Assembly: GCF_001194135.2 (NCBI RefSeq)
Contig: NC_068995.1
Span: forward strand, 17,103,941-17,167,940
Source of the DNA: Octopus bimaculoides
Taxonomy: Eukaryota
Length of the DNA stretch: 64,000 nt
Direction: 5' to 3'
This document shows positions 37,349-51,590 of this stretch, in pieces (the first letter of the stretch is position 1; the number at the start of each line of letters is the position of its first letter). The translations under genes and the position numbers were made by a program. The notes beneath the pieces are model-generated. The model was given only the letters and a program-made list of their open reading frames with translations, was not told where the DNA came from and did not search any database.

Positions 37349-38329
37349 GNNNNNNNNNNNNNNNNNNNNNNNNNNNNNNNNNNNNNNNNNNNNNNNNNNN
37401 NNNNNNNNNNNNNNNNNNNNNNNNNNNNNNNNNNNNNNNNNNNNNNNNNNNNNNNNNNNNNNNNNNNNNNNNNNNNNNNNNNNNNNNNNNNNNNNNNNNN
37501 NNNNNNNNNNNNNNNNNNNNNNNNNNNNNNNNNNNNNNNNNNNNNNNNNNNNNNNNNNNNNNNNNNNNNNNNNNNNNNNNNNNNNNNNNNNNNNNNNNNN
37601 NNNNNNNNNNNNNNNNNNNNNNNNNNNNNNNNNNNNNNNNNNNNNNNNNNNNNNNNNNNNNNNNNNNNNNNNNNNNNNNNNNNNNNNNNNNNNNNNNNNN
37701 NNNNNNNNNNNNNNNNNNNNNNNNNNNNNNNNNNNNNNNNNNNNNNNNNNNNNNNNNNNNNNNNNNNNNNNNNNNNNNNNNNNNNNNNNNNNNNNNNNNN
37801 NNNNNNNNNNNNNNNNNNNNNNNNNNNNNNNNNNNNNNNNNNNNNNNNNNNNNNNNNNNNNNNNNNNNNNNNNNNNNNNNNNNNNNNNNNNNNNNNNNNN
37901 NNNNNNNNNNNNNNNNNNNNNNNNNNNNNNNNNNNNNNNNNNNNNNNNNNNNNNNNNNNNNNNNNNNNNNNNNNNNNNNNNNNNNNNNNNNNNNNNNNNN
38001 NNNNNNNNNNNNNNNNNNNNNNNNNNNNNNNNNNNNNNNNNNNNNNNNNNNNNNNNNNNNNNNNNNNNNNNNNNNNNNNNNNNNNNNNNNNNNNNNNNNN
38101 NNNNNNNNNNNNNNNNNNNNNNNNNNNNNNNNNNNNNNNNNNNNNNNNNNNNNNNNNNNNNNNNNNNNNNNNNNNNNNNNNNNNNNNNNNNNNNNNNNNN
38201 NNNNNNNNNNNNNNNNNNNNNNNNNNNNNNNTATGTATGTATGTATGTATGTATGTATGTATGTATGTATGTATGTATCTATCTATCTATCGACCGATCC
38301 ATCCATCCATCCATCCTTGCATCTATCTG

Positions 38330-38448
38330 TTCTTTGTAAAGCCTGGTACGTATTCTATAGGTCTTTAGTGCTGAACCGAAGTTATGGTGACAAAAACACC
38401 ACAACACCGATTGTTAAGCGGTCGTGAGGGATAAACACTACACAAAGA

Positions 38449-38492
<44 letters not shown>

Positions 38493-38645
38493 GATATACG
38501 ACAGGGATTTTTCAGGTTCCGCCTACCCAAATCCACTCAAAAAGCTGAGACTTCTGTAGATAATACTTGCTCAAGTTGAGACGCAGTTGGACTGAACCTG
38601 AAACCACACGGTGGAAAACAACCTTCTTATTGCACAGCCACGCCT
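38330..38645 (-). mobile_element. SINE family 2 with central (CA)n
   Basis: Same tail / (CA)n / head arrangement as 1500-1890 (..accgattgttaagcggt..cacaca..atacgacaggg..caaatccactc..cacagccacgcct). Confidence 0.8.
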
Positions 38646-39066
38646 ATATTCGTGAATTATAGGTCCTAATATTTACTTCAATTGAGAGAGGTAATCAATA
38701 AATGTGGTAATCAAGAAAAGTTTGAACATATTTTTCTATTTCTTTATTTTTGCTGGCATTAGTGTTACATTAGTGTTAAACCGTACACAAAAACCGAATT
38801 CCAGCAATAATTTCATTCTAATCTGCCTCCATGTAAATTCACATACTATATTAATACTTCTAAAGATAAACATAAAACTCACTCAATCCTAGTTTCACTT
38901 CTCCAATACATCTCATTCCTTCTTCGTATGTAATTACTGTTAATCACATAGAAACTGCTGGACACAATTAAAGACTTCACATGACGCGGTATTTCCCTGA
39001 GGAACACTTTGGAAACAATCAGTTGCGAGATGACTCGATTTATCTTTTGCCTTGAGACGAACTTAC

Positions 39067-39150
39067 AATGGTCAATTTGAACGATAGAGTCACTTTTAGA
39101 CTTTATCACAATTTCATGAGAATTCGTCCCTCCGAGGCGTGAATTGCTAA
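39067..39150 (-). CDS. Candidate internal exon (x-SNSRLGGTNSHEIVIKSKSDSIVQIDH-x)
   Basis: First AG after a pyrimidine tract (ttcaaag), T|gtaagt consensus donor, 84 nt, phase 1 to 1. Confidence 0.45.
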
Positions 39151-39858
39151 CTTTGAAGTTGAACATTTGATAATGTGAAAGTCAAAAGAAACAATGCTTT
39201 AGGGAATAAAGGACTTGCTTATTATTTCATCATTGTTTGATATCGATTATGATTCTCGAGTGATGATCGACGGAGTGCAATTTAGTGTAACCTCTGGACA
39301 CTATAGCAAATCCGTTCAGAATCCTCGACTAAATCAAATTTCACTTCAGTCGTTCTTGGAATCCCACTACAATGGCTTTGTCTAGCATTTATAGCCGCCA
39401 CTGAGAATATCGGTGAATTAATCTCCAAAAACTGCTAGGATTCGAAATCAAATTCTTCATTTCAGCCGATCGTCTAGCACAACCACGACACTTCAGTATT
39501 TTTGATTAATTTATGTTGGAATGCCCATTCTTTTTCCATAAAAATGGGGGTAAAAAGTAAGTCTCTATATGACGTAGTAAATTAACAACTAAATCCTCTT
39601 AGCGTCTTAGAAGACTTAAAAGAAAACGGCACGTTTGATGCTATAATCCAGACAACTACAAATCTGGATCTTAATCAGAACAATAACAATGGGATTGATA
39701 ATGTCTCAAGTTCAAACCAAACCGTTTGTCTCACAAGCCTTTCCTTATATCCCAAGGATAATTATTTACGATAATTCTTTGATACTGTCCATTTGCACAC
39801 ACAGGCAAGGTCCCTCTTCTCTACTCCACCAATTTTATCCAAAGGAAAGACCACTGAC

Positions 39859-39926
39859 CACTGAATTGGAACCGATAGAGTTTGGCATCACTATCATCGT
39901 ACATGTTGCATTCATAACACAAAGAA
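39859..39926 (-). CDS. Candidate internal exon (x-SLCYECNMYDDSDAKLYRFQFS-x)
   Basis: ccattccag acceptor, G|gtcagt donor, 68 nt, phase 2 to 1; compatible with both neighbours. Confidence 0.45.
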
Positions 39927-40580
39927 CTGGAATGGATACCGCACAGCATTTTGCACAGCGTCCAAATATTCCCATTAATACACCACATTCTATTACTATA
40001 TTTTTATCGATACTCACCTCGTTGTATATTCATTCCATGCCTCATAGAAGATTCATAAAGGAAACGAAAGAGACATGATTTTAAATTTCATTGTTATGAA
40101 CATTTCTTGTACAAATATAAATTTAGAGGGTTACTGTTCTGTCTACATACATTTCACTGGTTCCCAATTAACTCTCTGAGCCCATTTACTTCTTTGACAT
40201 TTGCGTTATATTTATTCAAATGACTGAGGTCATTAAAATGTTTTACTCATCTTTTGTGCACGGAAAAGTGTCTGATTTTCTGAAGATAAGGTAGGAAAAT
40301 TGTTTTCGAAAATGAGGCGTATTGAGCAGGTACCAAATGTCGACAGCTATACACTTAGACTTAGACACTTTTATTTTCTGTAATGGAATGTCACTTTTAG
40401 CGAATAATTCTGATTATCTCCCTTTCGCATGTGAACTTCGTAAAGCTTGCCATTAAGCAAGTGGACTACTCTCTCTGAAAACGGGAATGATTGCCATAAA
40501 TAGCGAAATAATCTTATGGTTTCATAGAAAACTATACATAGATATATATTTATAAATGCATACACATGTATGTACGTATA

Positions 40581-40613
<33 letters not shown>

Positions 40614-40949
40614 ATATGTATATAAATATATATATANNNNNNNNNNNNNNNNNNNNNNNNNNNNNNNNNNNNNNNNNNNNNNNNNNNNNNNNNNNNNNNN
40701 NNNNNNNNNNNNNNNNNNNNNNNNNNNNNNNNNNNNNNNNNNNNNNNNNNNNNNNNNNNNNNNNNNNNNNNNNNNNNNNNNNNNNNNNNNNNNNNNNNNN
40801 NNNNNNNNNNNNNNNNNNNNNNNNNNNNNNNNNNNNNNNNNNNNNNNNNNNNNNNNNNNNNNNNNNNNNNNNNNNNNNNNNNNNNNNNNNNNNNNNNNNN
40901 NNNNNNNNNNNNNNNNNNNNNNNNNNNNNNNNNNNNNNNNNNNNNNNNN

Positions 40950-40986
<37 letters not shown>

Positions 40987-42404
40987 TGTGTTTGTATGTG
41001 TGTATATGTGTGTATTACATACGTATTTATATTTTCTTTCATATGACATTATTCCGGTTTTCTCAATCAATTTCAACGTGTCTAAGGACATCCTTTTGTT
41101 CCTCATCGTATCTTTCTCATTTCTTTTCTTTCTGTCGTATGTATTCAAACGTATTCTTTTTTATTTTCATTTACTTATCAACCATCAGCTATCCGCTCTA
41201 TCACTCTATCAGTCAATCGATTAATCTTCGTGCTCTCATGGTTTCTAGAATCTTCCAATTTCTCTCTCCGACCACCTATTCTATCCTACCTCAACGAATT
41301 ACTCTTCTCCACTTCTGTAACACCCTTTATAAACATTTTCACTGAATCAATAATTAACGTATTTTCCCTCTTCATGCTCTCTTTCATTACACCCATATCT
41401 AGCTTCATCTTTCATACTGACTATTACGACATTTCTTACCTCTAGCGGCCATTACATTTACATTTTTTTCTTTATCCCTCACCCCTCACCATCGACTCTT
41501 AAGAAGAGAGTGTGATCTAATTTTACGTCTTATAACCTTTGTCATCTGTGTTGCCGTCGTTGTTACTTTTGTTTCTGTTGCAAATTGTAACACATCTGTG
41601 CTCAACCAAAATACCAGATGCTAGGCTACAGCAACAATATTATATACAGCCTATCACCGGACAAAGAAGAATATTATTTCTATTTGTTTGACTGAATATG
41701 ACAATAATAATTATATCTGTGTTCAAATGACCGTTGTTACCGACGTGCATAGCTGCGCACTACACAACTGTAATACCATTACATTAGACATGCTTTTCAG
41801 CATCCAACGCTATGCTAAACAAATACGTAAACGCAAGGTGCACTTGATTGCACTTTAGCAGATTATTGCATCATGCATAACAGTCGATGGAAATATAGAG
41901 AGATGTAGCACATGAGATAACACTGTGCGATATTTATCCAATGACCCAGTAAGAATCAAATATTATTCATACACCCACGTATACATTAGACCACTGGCCA
42001 CTCACACATTCATGAAAATAATATAAGGTATATTATTATATGTACATGACTACATACATACGTACGACGTGCATACATAGGTACATGAATACACATATGC
42101 ATACATATATAAAAAAGTATATGCAAGCACACATTACTATATAGATAACATTATCCAAATGCCAGTGAAATACAATTCTAACCGAATTGGAGACTGGCTT
42201 TTTTCCTTTGCTGAGACTTTTCATAACACACGCACACAAAGAACTGTTTGTGTGTATGAATATATAAACAGATATATACATGCATACATATATATANNNN
42301 NNNNNNNNNNNNNNNNNNNNNNNNNNNNNNNNNNNNNNNNNNNNNNNNNNNNNNNNNNNNNNNNNNNNNNNNNNNNNNNNNNNNNNNNNNNNNNNNNNNN
42401 NNNN

Positions 42405-42444
<40 letters not shown>

Positions 42445-43142
42445 CATGAAACACCATTAAATAGTAATTTTAAGTTAGCCATGGCTGGGGCCAACTCTAG
42501 TTGAAATTTCTTTCTCCTGAGATAACATCAGTTACACCCTTGGTTTATTGAAGCACAATACACACTATAGGTCTGCTTTCACCCTAGCAAGGACCTGTGG
42601 TATCCCCATGTGCTTCTGGCCTGTTTTTTGCCTGTGCATGTATGTATACATGTATATATGTATGTATATATGTATATATAGATGTATGTATATGTATTTA
42701 TTCATACGATTATGCATTCATGTAAACATTCATTAACCACGTGCAGTGATTGCCTGAGCTAAATCTCATGATTCTCCTCAACCTAGCAGTGATGGAACAT
42801 GTTCCAGGCGTCCTCATTTGCATGCTTTTATTCATTTATTAAAAATAAGATTGTATACTACCAATTAAAAACAACATATTTTAAAGCGTTACTCTACTTT
42901 TAAAATATAAATTATTAGAAGTAGAATTTCCGGAACATTTCACTGCTATTTCTAATCAGTTTGCACTTTTGTTGAAACACCATCATGAGCGTCTCACGCG
43001 ATATAGTGCACGTTCCGACGCCATCTTGGGAAAGTAAATTTCATTGCTTTATAGTATAGTGTGCTGCCTGATTGATCCTGTTAAACTGAAACTTAAAGTA
43101 TTAATACAGTATATCTAACTATGTAGTTATACATACATGTAC

Positions 43143-43200
<58 letters not shown>

Positions 43201-44708
43201 ATATATATATATATATGTATATATATANNNNNNNNNNNNNNNNNNNNNNNNNNNNNNNNNNNNNNNNNNNNNNNNNNNNNNNNNNNNNNNNNNNNNNNNN
43301 NNNNNNNNNNNNNNNNNNNNNNNNNNNNNNNNNNNNNNNNNNNNNNNNNNNNNNNNNNNNNNNNNNNNNNNNNNNNNNNNNNNNNNNNNNNNNNNNNNNN
43401 NNNNNNNNNNNNNNNNNNNNNNNNNNNNNNNNNNNNNNNNNNNNNNNNNNNNNNNNNNNNNNNNNNNNNNNNNNNNNNNNNNNNNNNNNNNNNNNNNNNN
43501 NNNNNNNNNNNNNNNNNNNNNNNNNNNNNNNNNNNNNNNNNNNNNNNNNNNNNNNNNNNNNNNNNNNNNNNNNNNNNNNNNNNNNNNNNNNNNNNNNNNN
43601 NNNNNNNNNNNNNNNNNNNNNNNNNNNNNNNNNNNNNNNNNNNNNNNNNNNNNNNNNNNNNNNNNNNNNNNNNNNNNNNNNNNNNNNNNNNNNNNNNNNN
43701 NNNNNNNNNNNNNNNNNNNNNNNNNNNNNNNNNNNNNNNNNNNNNNNNNNNNNNNNNNNNNNNNNNNNNNNNNNNNNNNNNNNNNNNNNNNNNNNNNNNN
43801 NNNNNNNNNNNNNNNNNNNNNNNNNNNNNNNNNNNNNNNNNNNNNNNNNNNNNNNNNNNNNNNNNNNNNNNNNNNNNNNNNNNNNNNNNNNNNNNNNNNN
43901 NNNNNNNNNNNNNNNNNNNNNNNNNNNNNNNNNNNNNNNNNNNNNNNNNNNNNNNNNNNNNNNNNNNNNNNNNNNNNNNNNNNNNNNNNNNNNNNNNNNN
44001 NNNNNNNNNNNNNNNNNNNNNNNNNNNNNNNNNNNNNNNNNNNTATATATATATAGACATACATTCATACATACACATATATATTTGCAGTTGTTGTTGT
44101 TTATTCCCATGTTAACTCTGATCAAGCACATCTTTTGTTTATAGCCGTTCTAAGTGTGACCATCCCTATTTTAGTTTTGCGCAATAATGAATTTCAAAAC
44201 GCATGGCATAGTATTGATCTCAAGTGTGTGTAGGTCCACATATCAAAAAGATATGCTTCTGTTTCGATGAAGTCAACTAGCCAGATTTTATCTGTATTTA
44301 TCTATATATGTTGAAGTAGTTATTGTGGCTGATATTGTTGAATCTTATCTATGGTGGCCTTGATCGAAAAGAGCAATGACCACGGTCAGAAGATTCTGTA
44401 GATCATACCTATTTTTACTCTTAGTTTCGAGATTTTCAGAAACGGTTGTCTGTACTGTGAAATAGATATGGCTGCTATTTCTGTCAAGCTGAGCGAGTGT
44501 GTACAGGATTACCTGATGGCTTGTGTAATAAAGGGAGTTTCTAGTTATGGTTGCTTTAAGGAGCTTTTGGAAATCTTTCTAGTGATTGCTGGAAAATGGA
44601 CAGGGTTAATAAAGCAACCGTTGCAGGGCTCTAGTCTGGGTTGTTTCCCTTAGTCTTCCGCTTTTCTTAGGCCTGTCTAGAACCAAGACGATTTGATACT
44701 TAGGAATG

Positions 44709-44920
44709 AGGCAGCGAGCTGGCAGAAACGTTAGCACGCCGGGCGAAATGCTTAGCGGTATTTCATCTGCCATTACGTTCAGATTTCAAATTCTACCGAG
44801 GTCGACTTTGCTTTCACCTTTTCGGGGTCGATAAATTAGGTACCAGTCGCGTACTGATTTCAATCTAATCGATTGGTCCCTCTGACGAAAATTTCTGGCC
44901 TTGTGCCTAGAATAGAAAAG
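44709..44920 (+). mobile_element. SINE family 1, near full length
   Basis: ggcagcgagctggcagaaacgttagcacgccgggcgaaatgcttagcgg..tttcaaattct..gtcgactttgc..ggggtcgataaattaggtaccagt..ccttgtgcctag. Confidence 0.88.
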
Positions 44921-45329
44921 ATGCTTAAGAACCTCTCTATAGCAATAGTGTACTATAGTCTGTTTGTAAAACTTTGAATAATTGAATTTGAAGTTTTAAA
45001 GCTTTCAAGCGGCTTTCTGTTTATGATTAAGAGTTCATCACTTGTCTAAATTACGGGCTTCGTCACGAGATTCATTATTTCTGAGAATCTTGCTATATTC
45101 TACTCTATTCAGAATGGCAATAACTATCGTACATCTGAGAAAGTGTACTCTTATTCATAGAGAAAACATTTGTGGAAGAGTCAACTGTCTTTCTATATAA
45201 TGCTACTTAGTATTTTATCGACCTAGGAGTTATGAAACCAAAAGTCAATCACTGAAAGGATTTGAATTCGGATCATCCTGGGTCATCCTTTAGAAGTAAA
45301 ATACAAAGAGAAAAATATAATATCACAGA

Positions 45330-45830
45330 GGTATGTTCGAAGAGGACAGCCTCTCTGTGGTGCTGTTCATATATTCTATTGACCCCTTCTTATTCATGTT
45401 AAGGAATTCTGAAGCGTATTTCACTGGTTCAAAAGAAAACGAAAATAGCAAAATTGCTCACTCGTTCTTTGGAGAAGACTTCAACGTGTGTGTCAAGAAT
45501 ATGCATGAGATGAAAAATAGCCTTGACCTACAACATTCTCAAATAATATAATAATATAAGGTTGCAGTTTGGTCTGGTTAAATGTTGCTCACATGGTTGT
45601 CAAAAGAGGGAAAACTCTAAGCCAAACTAAGAGTATCGCCATCATTGACTAAACTGCTTCACCGTATATTTGATGAGGAATGTTACAGGTACTTAGGAAT
45701 ATATAAACAATATATCCTGCGATGGTACCTGCAGCAAGTCATAGCTACTAAAAAATACTACAACAATAAGCTCTTGGTCAGCGGCAGATTGTTCGAGAAG
45801 TCAAACGCTACATACGACGTCACGTTTTAA
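45330..45830 (+). pseudogene. Decayed reverse-transcriptase fragment of an R4/Dong-like non-LTR element
   Basis: FEEDSLSVVLFIYSIDP (QGDSLSPLLF motif), KIAHSFFGEDFNVCVKN (YMDDLKLY motif), ECYRYLGI; same motif order as at 11.4-11.9 kb. Confidence 0.7.
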
Positions 45831-46167
45831 GGTCGAGCTCCAAACCAGTCGCTGTCAAGTCCGATCGTATCAACAAAATCGTAAGACAGCAATACATAAT
45901 TCGATTTTTGTCTTTTTGTTAAATATTGAATCTTCATTCACAACTCGTCCGTACGTGTACATCCTTCGATCATGATGTATTCTTGGAAGTGAATCACATC
46001 CTCAATCTCTATTTCACACCATTATATATNNNNNNNNNNNNNNNNNNNNNNNNNNNNNNNNNNNNNNNNNNNNNNNNNNNNNNNNNNNNNNNNNNNNNNN
46101 NNNNNNNNNNNNNNNNNNNNNNNNNNNNNNNNNNNNNNNNNNNNNNNNNNNNNNNNNNNNNNNNNNN

Positions 46168-46205
<38 letters not shown>

Positions 46206-46359
46206 TGGGATGGGAAATACAAATGGATGTAATGAGTTAAGTAAATGGAGATAACGTCAAAACTATTTAGGAAAAAAACAATTGAGTATCGAATATTGTG
46301 TATTTTCTACGCTCATATTTTTTTTGGTCTGTTTTCTATGGTTTATTTTGTTGAATTAC

Positions 46360-46474
46360 AACAATGAAGCAAAATGGGTCTTTAACGTCGAAGAATATGC
46401 AGGCAAACTGCCAAGATTAGGTGTGAAATCTATTAGAAACCTTTTATTGAATGCCAAACCCGGGTGGGAATATT
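46360..46474 (-). CDS. Candidate internal exon (x-YSHPGLAFNKRFLIDFTPNLGSLPAYSSTLKTHFASL-x)
   Basis: Long pyrimidine tract ttttcttactttttttctgtttgttttcttattattcttctttag as acceptor, TT|gtaatt donor, 115 nt, phase 1 to 2; compatible with exon 39859-39926. Confidence 0.45.
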
Positions 46475-46937
46475 CTAAAGAAGAATAATAAGAAAACAAA
46501 CAGAAAAAAAGTAAGAAAAGAGTAAGAAAACAGCTGAAGCAAATGTTACGATCAAGAGAAATATGTCTGACAAGACAAGTGACATATGCCAAGTTAAATG
46601 AAAAATGTTAACTGCTAAGATAAAGGTTTCTGTATAACGTTACAAAAAGGAATCAAAGTTGAAGTCAAACAGGAATTATAAGTACGTAACATATGAAGAT
46701 TTTAGTGAAATATCAATATTTTAGCCATGTCTCAGACGTTTCGACCCTCTGCATCCTCACATATTGCAGCTGCACACTCACACACTACAGCTGCACACGC
46801 ATATATGCGTTGAAATATTATGCTTTGTACTCGATAAATGGTGCGGTATATACATCTATGTGTTTGTATACATACACGCACACACTCACACGCAATACAT
46901 ACATAGCTTGATGTACTAGAGCTGTGCAGGAGGATCA

Positions 46938-47008
<71 letters not shown>

Positions 47009-47951
47009 TTCCAGTGAAATTTTAACTTTTCATTCAGCGAAATATAACAAGTATTCAGCACGCTATATGTATTCCTGTTTAACGTCTCATACAAACCGAG
47101 TGTTTGGCTATTTAGAAATAATACACGTAGAAAATAAAACAAAATATGAGAGATTGTTTATATGTTTCTTAGTTACACCATTTACGGGTGGTTCCAGAAC
47201 ACAAGGTTATTATGTAAACAGCAGCAAGTCGTATTGTCAAATCGTCAGAGACGTGTAACTTTTAGACATACAATCATTTCACTGAAAGGATATTGATCAA
47301 ATGAACCACTGTAGAGAAGCGAACAGCTGTATTGAATTATCTTAGAGGAGCACATTATCCTTTGTATAATATGGGAAATGCAAACCATATTAGAAGGAAG
47401 GATTTATAAATTGATATATGACACTTTATTAACCCTTTATTCAATATCCAATAAATATAAATGACAAACACCAATATACCTTGTAATAAACATCGAACCA
47501 CAGGAGATCCGAATGCCTACAGATAAAGTAAACAAGAGATCAGACAAAGATGAACAATTGATATGTAACCAAATAAAACCTCTCAGTAATCAAACACAAT
47601 CACAACTGAGTGCAAAATTTAGCAAATGGAGTAAATGCCCCTGTTGAGTACAGGAAAATACCCGAAATATAGTCTTATAAATAACTCTGCATATCATTAG
47701 TGAAGAAATACCAATATAACTCATACACATATCACATTAAAAATACAAGCAATAGACCATAAAAATAGTTCTAATTCCAAAATCGCAATGTAATCTTAAA
47801 CTATGTACAATAATAAAAGGATAAATTCTTTAAATGAAAAGTCTGGGATATAGGTAACCGTAATGAACGAGAAAGAAAAGAAAAGAAAACAGTGTGGCAT
47901 AATGTTTCGCGTCATTACTAATATCCCTAAAGTTGCTTTGGTATTCTAAGT

Positions 47952-48183
47952 CAGTAGTTCTCAACCGGTGTTCATATGAATCTTGTGTGTCCGTATAAGA
48001 TTTTTCTTAAAATTTATGGGAAATAAATTGGTTATACTCCTTCAATACAGCAAATATTTGAACACGTTTTTAATGCAGTTCCCAATGATATCCAATTATA
48101 AAATTATCGTATGACTAGGATAGTTCACTTGAGTAAAATAGGAATGAAAGAGGTCCATAGGTAAAAATGGATGAGAACCACCG
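47952..48183. mobile_element. hAT/Charlie-type MITE (~230 bp)
   Basis: Imperfect TIRs cagtagttctcaacc and ggatgagaaccaccg; flanking 8-mers ttctaagt and ttcgaaag match 5/8, possibly a decayed TSD. Confidence 0.6.
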
Positions 48184-48911
48184 TTCGAAAGAAAAACTAA
48201 ACAAAATCACTGAAGACCTAGCCATTCATGCCGATCTAGTGGACTATGGTCGCCTCTGGAAGTATATTATGGACAAATTTTGCATGTTTTTGTTATATTT
48301 TGCTTTTTTCATGTGATTTATTATTTTTAAGCAACGGATAATTTCTTTTCAAGCATTCCTATTATCAATAATATATTTCTCTTGATAATCACGTCATTTT
48401 TTTCCACTTCATCAAGGACAACGTTATCAAATGCTCTCTAATTATTTGGAAAACAGTGAGATGTGATTTAATTAAGATTTATTTGAGCTGAAGTGCGACA
48501 AATATTTCACGGCTGTGAAATATACTTTACTTTATTCATACATTAAAAATTTCTTTCCACGTCTAACATAATAGTGTGTCATTTAAGTAATATTAAGATA
48601 CCATTTCTTGCCAGTCAAGGAGCATCATGAAATGTCCTGGAATTGTCTTTTTTCTTTTATTACTGATAGGCGTTGTTGTATAAGCATCAACTCATTTTAA
48701 CTTCTCTGAATTCAAACACATTAAAATTACTGCAAAAATCATTTAATCTCAAACATACAACCCGAATTACGTATTCGGAACCATACAATTCACTTAATCA
48801 GTTATATACTTCCCAAAAAAGTAAATCAATATTAACACGAAATGGATGTAAAGAACGCAAATCTCATACAATTATAGCAACAGCAACAACAACAATAACG
48901 GTAATAATAAC

Positions 48912-48956
<45 letters not shown>

Positions 48957-49326
48957 CAGTAATAATAACAATGATGATAATTCATGGTTACATCCTTTTG
49001 GGCTGTAGAAAAGTTATTAAATCTAAATCTTAATGATATTAACATGCTTTAAATTCTAGAATATTTAAATGAGTCTTTACATAAATTTCGAAGTTATTAA
49101 CCTGCGCGACCTCACTTTAAATTTATTTACACAGATTTAATTCGATATGTATAGTAAATATTCGTTCATCGGCATTCTTATCGTTACCTGATCTCTTATA
49201 TACGCATGCATCTACAAAGATATACTTATACAGTTACATAGCTGTTTTGTATATTCATATATATGTCTGTATATGTACGTATGTATGCATAAATATATAC
49301 ATATACACACACACACTTACACATAC

Positions 49327-49375
<49 letters not shown>

Positions 49376-49992
49376 CATACGTACGTACATACATACTAAC
49401 ATATATATATGATTATGCATATAAACTTTAAGTGTAAGATAAACATGAAATTTTGGTAGTGATACTGCTTCTGGCGTTCTTAATGTTCTTATAACCTCAC
49501 TGTCCTTTTGCGACATTAGTGCCTGAATAGATACTGAGATTGTATACGTATCGCGGACGGTGGAATCGGCTGGTATGTCTAGCCGGAGATGTTAGTGATT
49601 GTCAATATCTAGAAAGGCAGAAAACACGTGATCTAGCAGTCTCGGCGGCCATAGTGAACGATTACATATATGTATATAATTTATACATAAGTGTGTCTTT
49701 CAGCTTCTAAGACGACGTAGCGATTTGTTTTACGTGAAATTCGGATACCTTTTGTTGCTAGTAAAGAAATATCATGGAATACTTCTGAATGGTTTATAGT
49801 CGTTTTTTATGCATAGGAGTGGTAGTATCAGTATCAATTCATTTAAGGACTCTGAATTGGACCACGTCAAATTTATATAATGTGCATGAGCGTGAGTGCG
49901 TGTGAGTGTGTGTGTGTATATACAGACAAAAGCATAAACATGTATATATAATATATATATATACATGGGAGGTATATATATTCACAGAATTG

Positions 49993-50032
<40 letters not shown>

Positions 50033-50513
50033 NNNNNNNNNNNNNNNNNNNNNNNNNNNNNNNNNNNNNNNNNNNNNNNNNNNNNNNNNNNNNNNNNNNN
50101 NNNNNNNNNNNNNNNNNNNNNNNNNNNNNNNNNNNNNNNNNNNNNNNNNNNNNNNNNNNNNNNNNNNNNNNNNNNNNNNNNNNNNNNNNNNNNNNNNNNN
50201 NNNNNNNNNNNNNNNNNNNNNNNNNNNNNNNNNNNNNNNNNNNNNNNNNNNNNNNNNNNNNNNNNNNNNNNNNNNNNNNNNNNNNNNNNNNNNNNNNNNN
50301 NNNNNNNNNNNNNNNNNNNNNNNNNNNNNNNNNNNNNNNNNNNNNNNNNNNNNNNNNNNNNNNNNNNNNNNNNNNNNNNNNNNNNNNNNNNNNNNNNNNN
50401 NNNNNNNNNNNNNNNNNNNNNNNNNNNNNNNNNNNNNNNNNNNNNNNNNNNNNNNNNNNNNNNNNNNNNNNNNNNNNNNNNNNNNNNNNNNNNNNNNNNN
50501 NNNNNNNNTATAT

Positions 50514-50680
50514 AGGCGCAGGAGTGGGTGTGTGGTAAGTAGCTTGCTTACCAACCACATGGTTCGGGTTCAGTCCGACTGCGTTGCACCTTTGGCAAGT
50601 GTATTCTACTATAGCCTCGGGCCGACCAAAGGTCTGTGAGTGGATTTGGTAGACGGAAACTGAAAGAAGCCCGGCGTATA
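50514..50680 (+). mobile_element. SINE family 2 head
   Basis: aggcgcaggagtgggtgtgtggtaagtagcttgcttaccaaccacatggttcgggttcagtcc..ggccgaccaaagg..ggtagacggaaactgaaagaagcccggcgtatata. Confidence 0.85.
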
Positions 50681-51536
50681 TATGTATATATATATATATA
50701 TATGTCTCACCATGTATAAACGCACATATATTTGATGCATGGTAAATTTATTGAAAATGAAATGCATATGAATATACCTAAGAATCAGAATTGAACGTTT
50801 AAAGGAGTATACATATCCGCTGTTTCTCAATGTAACGCTTTACCTACCGCTGTACATTTATACTCTCGTCTCCTAATCTCCCTCCATCTTTCTTCCCATT
50901 CTTCTTCCCGTTCCTTCTCCTGTTTCTACCAGTTCTTCCAGTTAGAAAAAAACAGGAACCCTTATATAGTTGTATACATGCATTTTTAGAGAATTTAATA
51001 TGAGAGAAATATGCATTTGTATAGAGTTTAATATGAGAGAAATATGCGTGATTCATGTTAAGAAATGGCTAGAAAATGAACCCAAAAATATAAAGCAAAG
51101 AAAAATTGGGTGATATTAAAAAAACGGAAATTAGTTGTCGTAAAACTGTCAAAGAAAACTTACAACAGTACTAAAGGTTTGCGTGTGATTCTATAAGATA
51201 AACATTTCGTTATATCTCATGTCTGAAATAAATCAGTAGGAGCATGGGAAAAAGAAGACAAAACTAAGCAAAAGAAATAATGTAAAGATGGGGCAGTAAA
51301 AAGGCGAAAAATAAATAAAAAAAGGAAAAAGAAATCATTATAATAAAGGAAGAAAAAAACGTAAGTAGTTAGAATAGCTATAACTAAATACATTAACGAA
51401 GATATAGGCTGGAGGAATCAATGGTTATGATACAAATTAAAATAAATTTATCATATATACAGACATGCATACATATATATGTATATATACATACATGCAT
51501 ACATATACATACATACATACATATATACATATACCT

Positions 51537-51590
<54 letters not shown>

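Noticed and set aside
46282-46488. Plus-strand ORF resembling a TE or gag fragment
   Set aside because: No motif recognised; better explained as the antisense shadow of minus-strand candidate exon 46360-46474 and its pyrimidine tract.
46725-46780. Hammerhead-like GAAACGUC on the minus strand (also gtcgaaacgac at about 34990)
   Set aside because: No CUGANGA core and no stem I pairing.
50985-51050. 21 bp direct repeat tttaatatgagagaaatatgc x2, superficially repeat-spacer-like
   Set aside because: Only two copies in eukaryotic DNA; a simple local duplication. There is no CRISPR array anywhere in the window.
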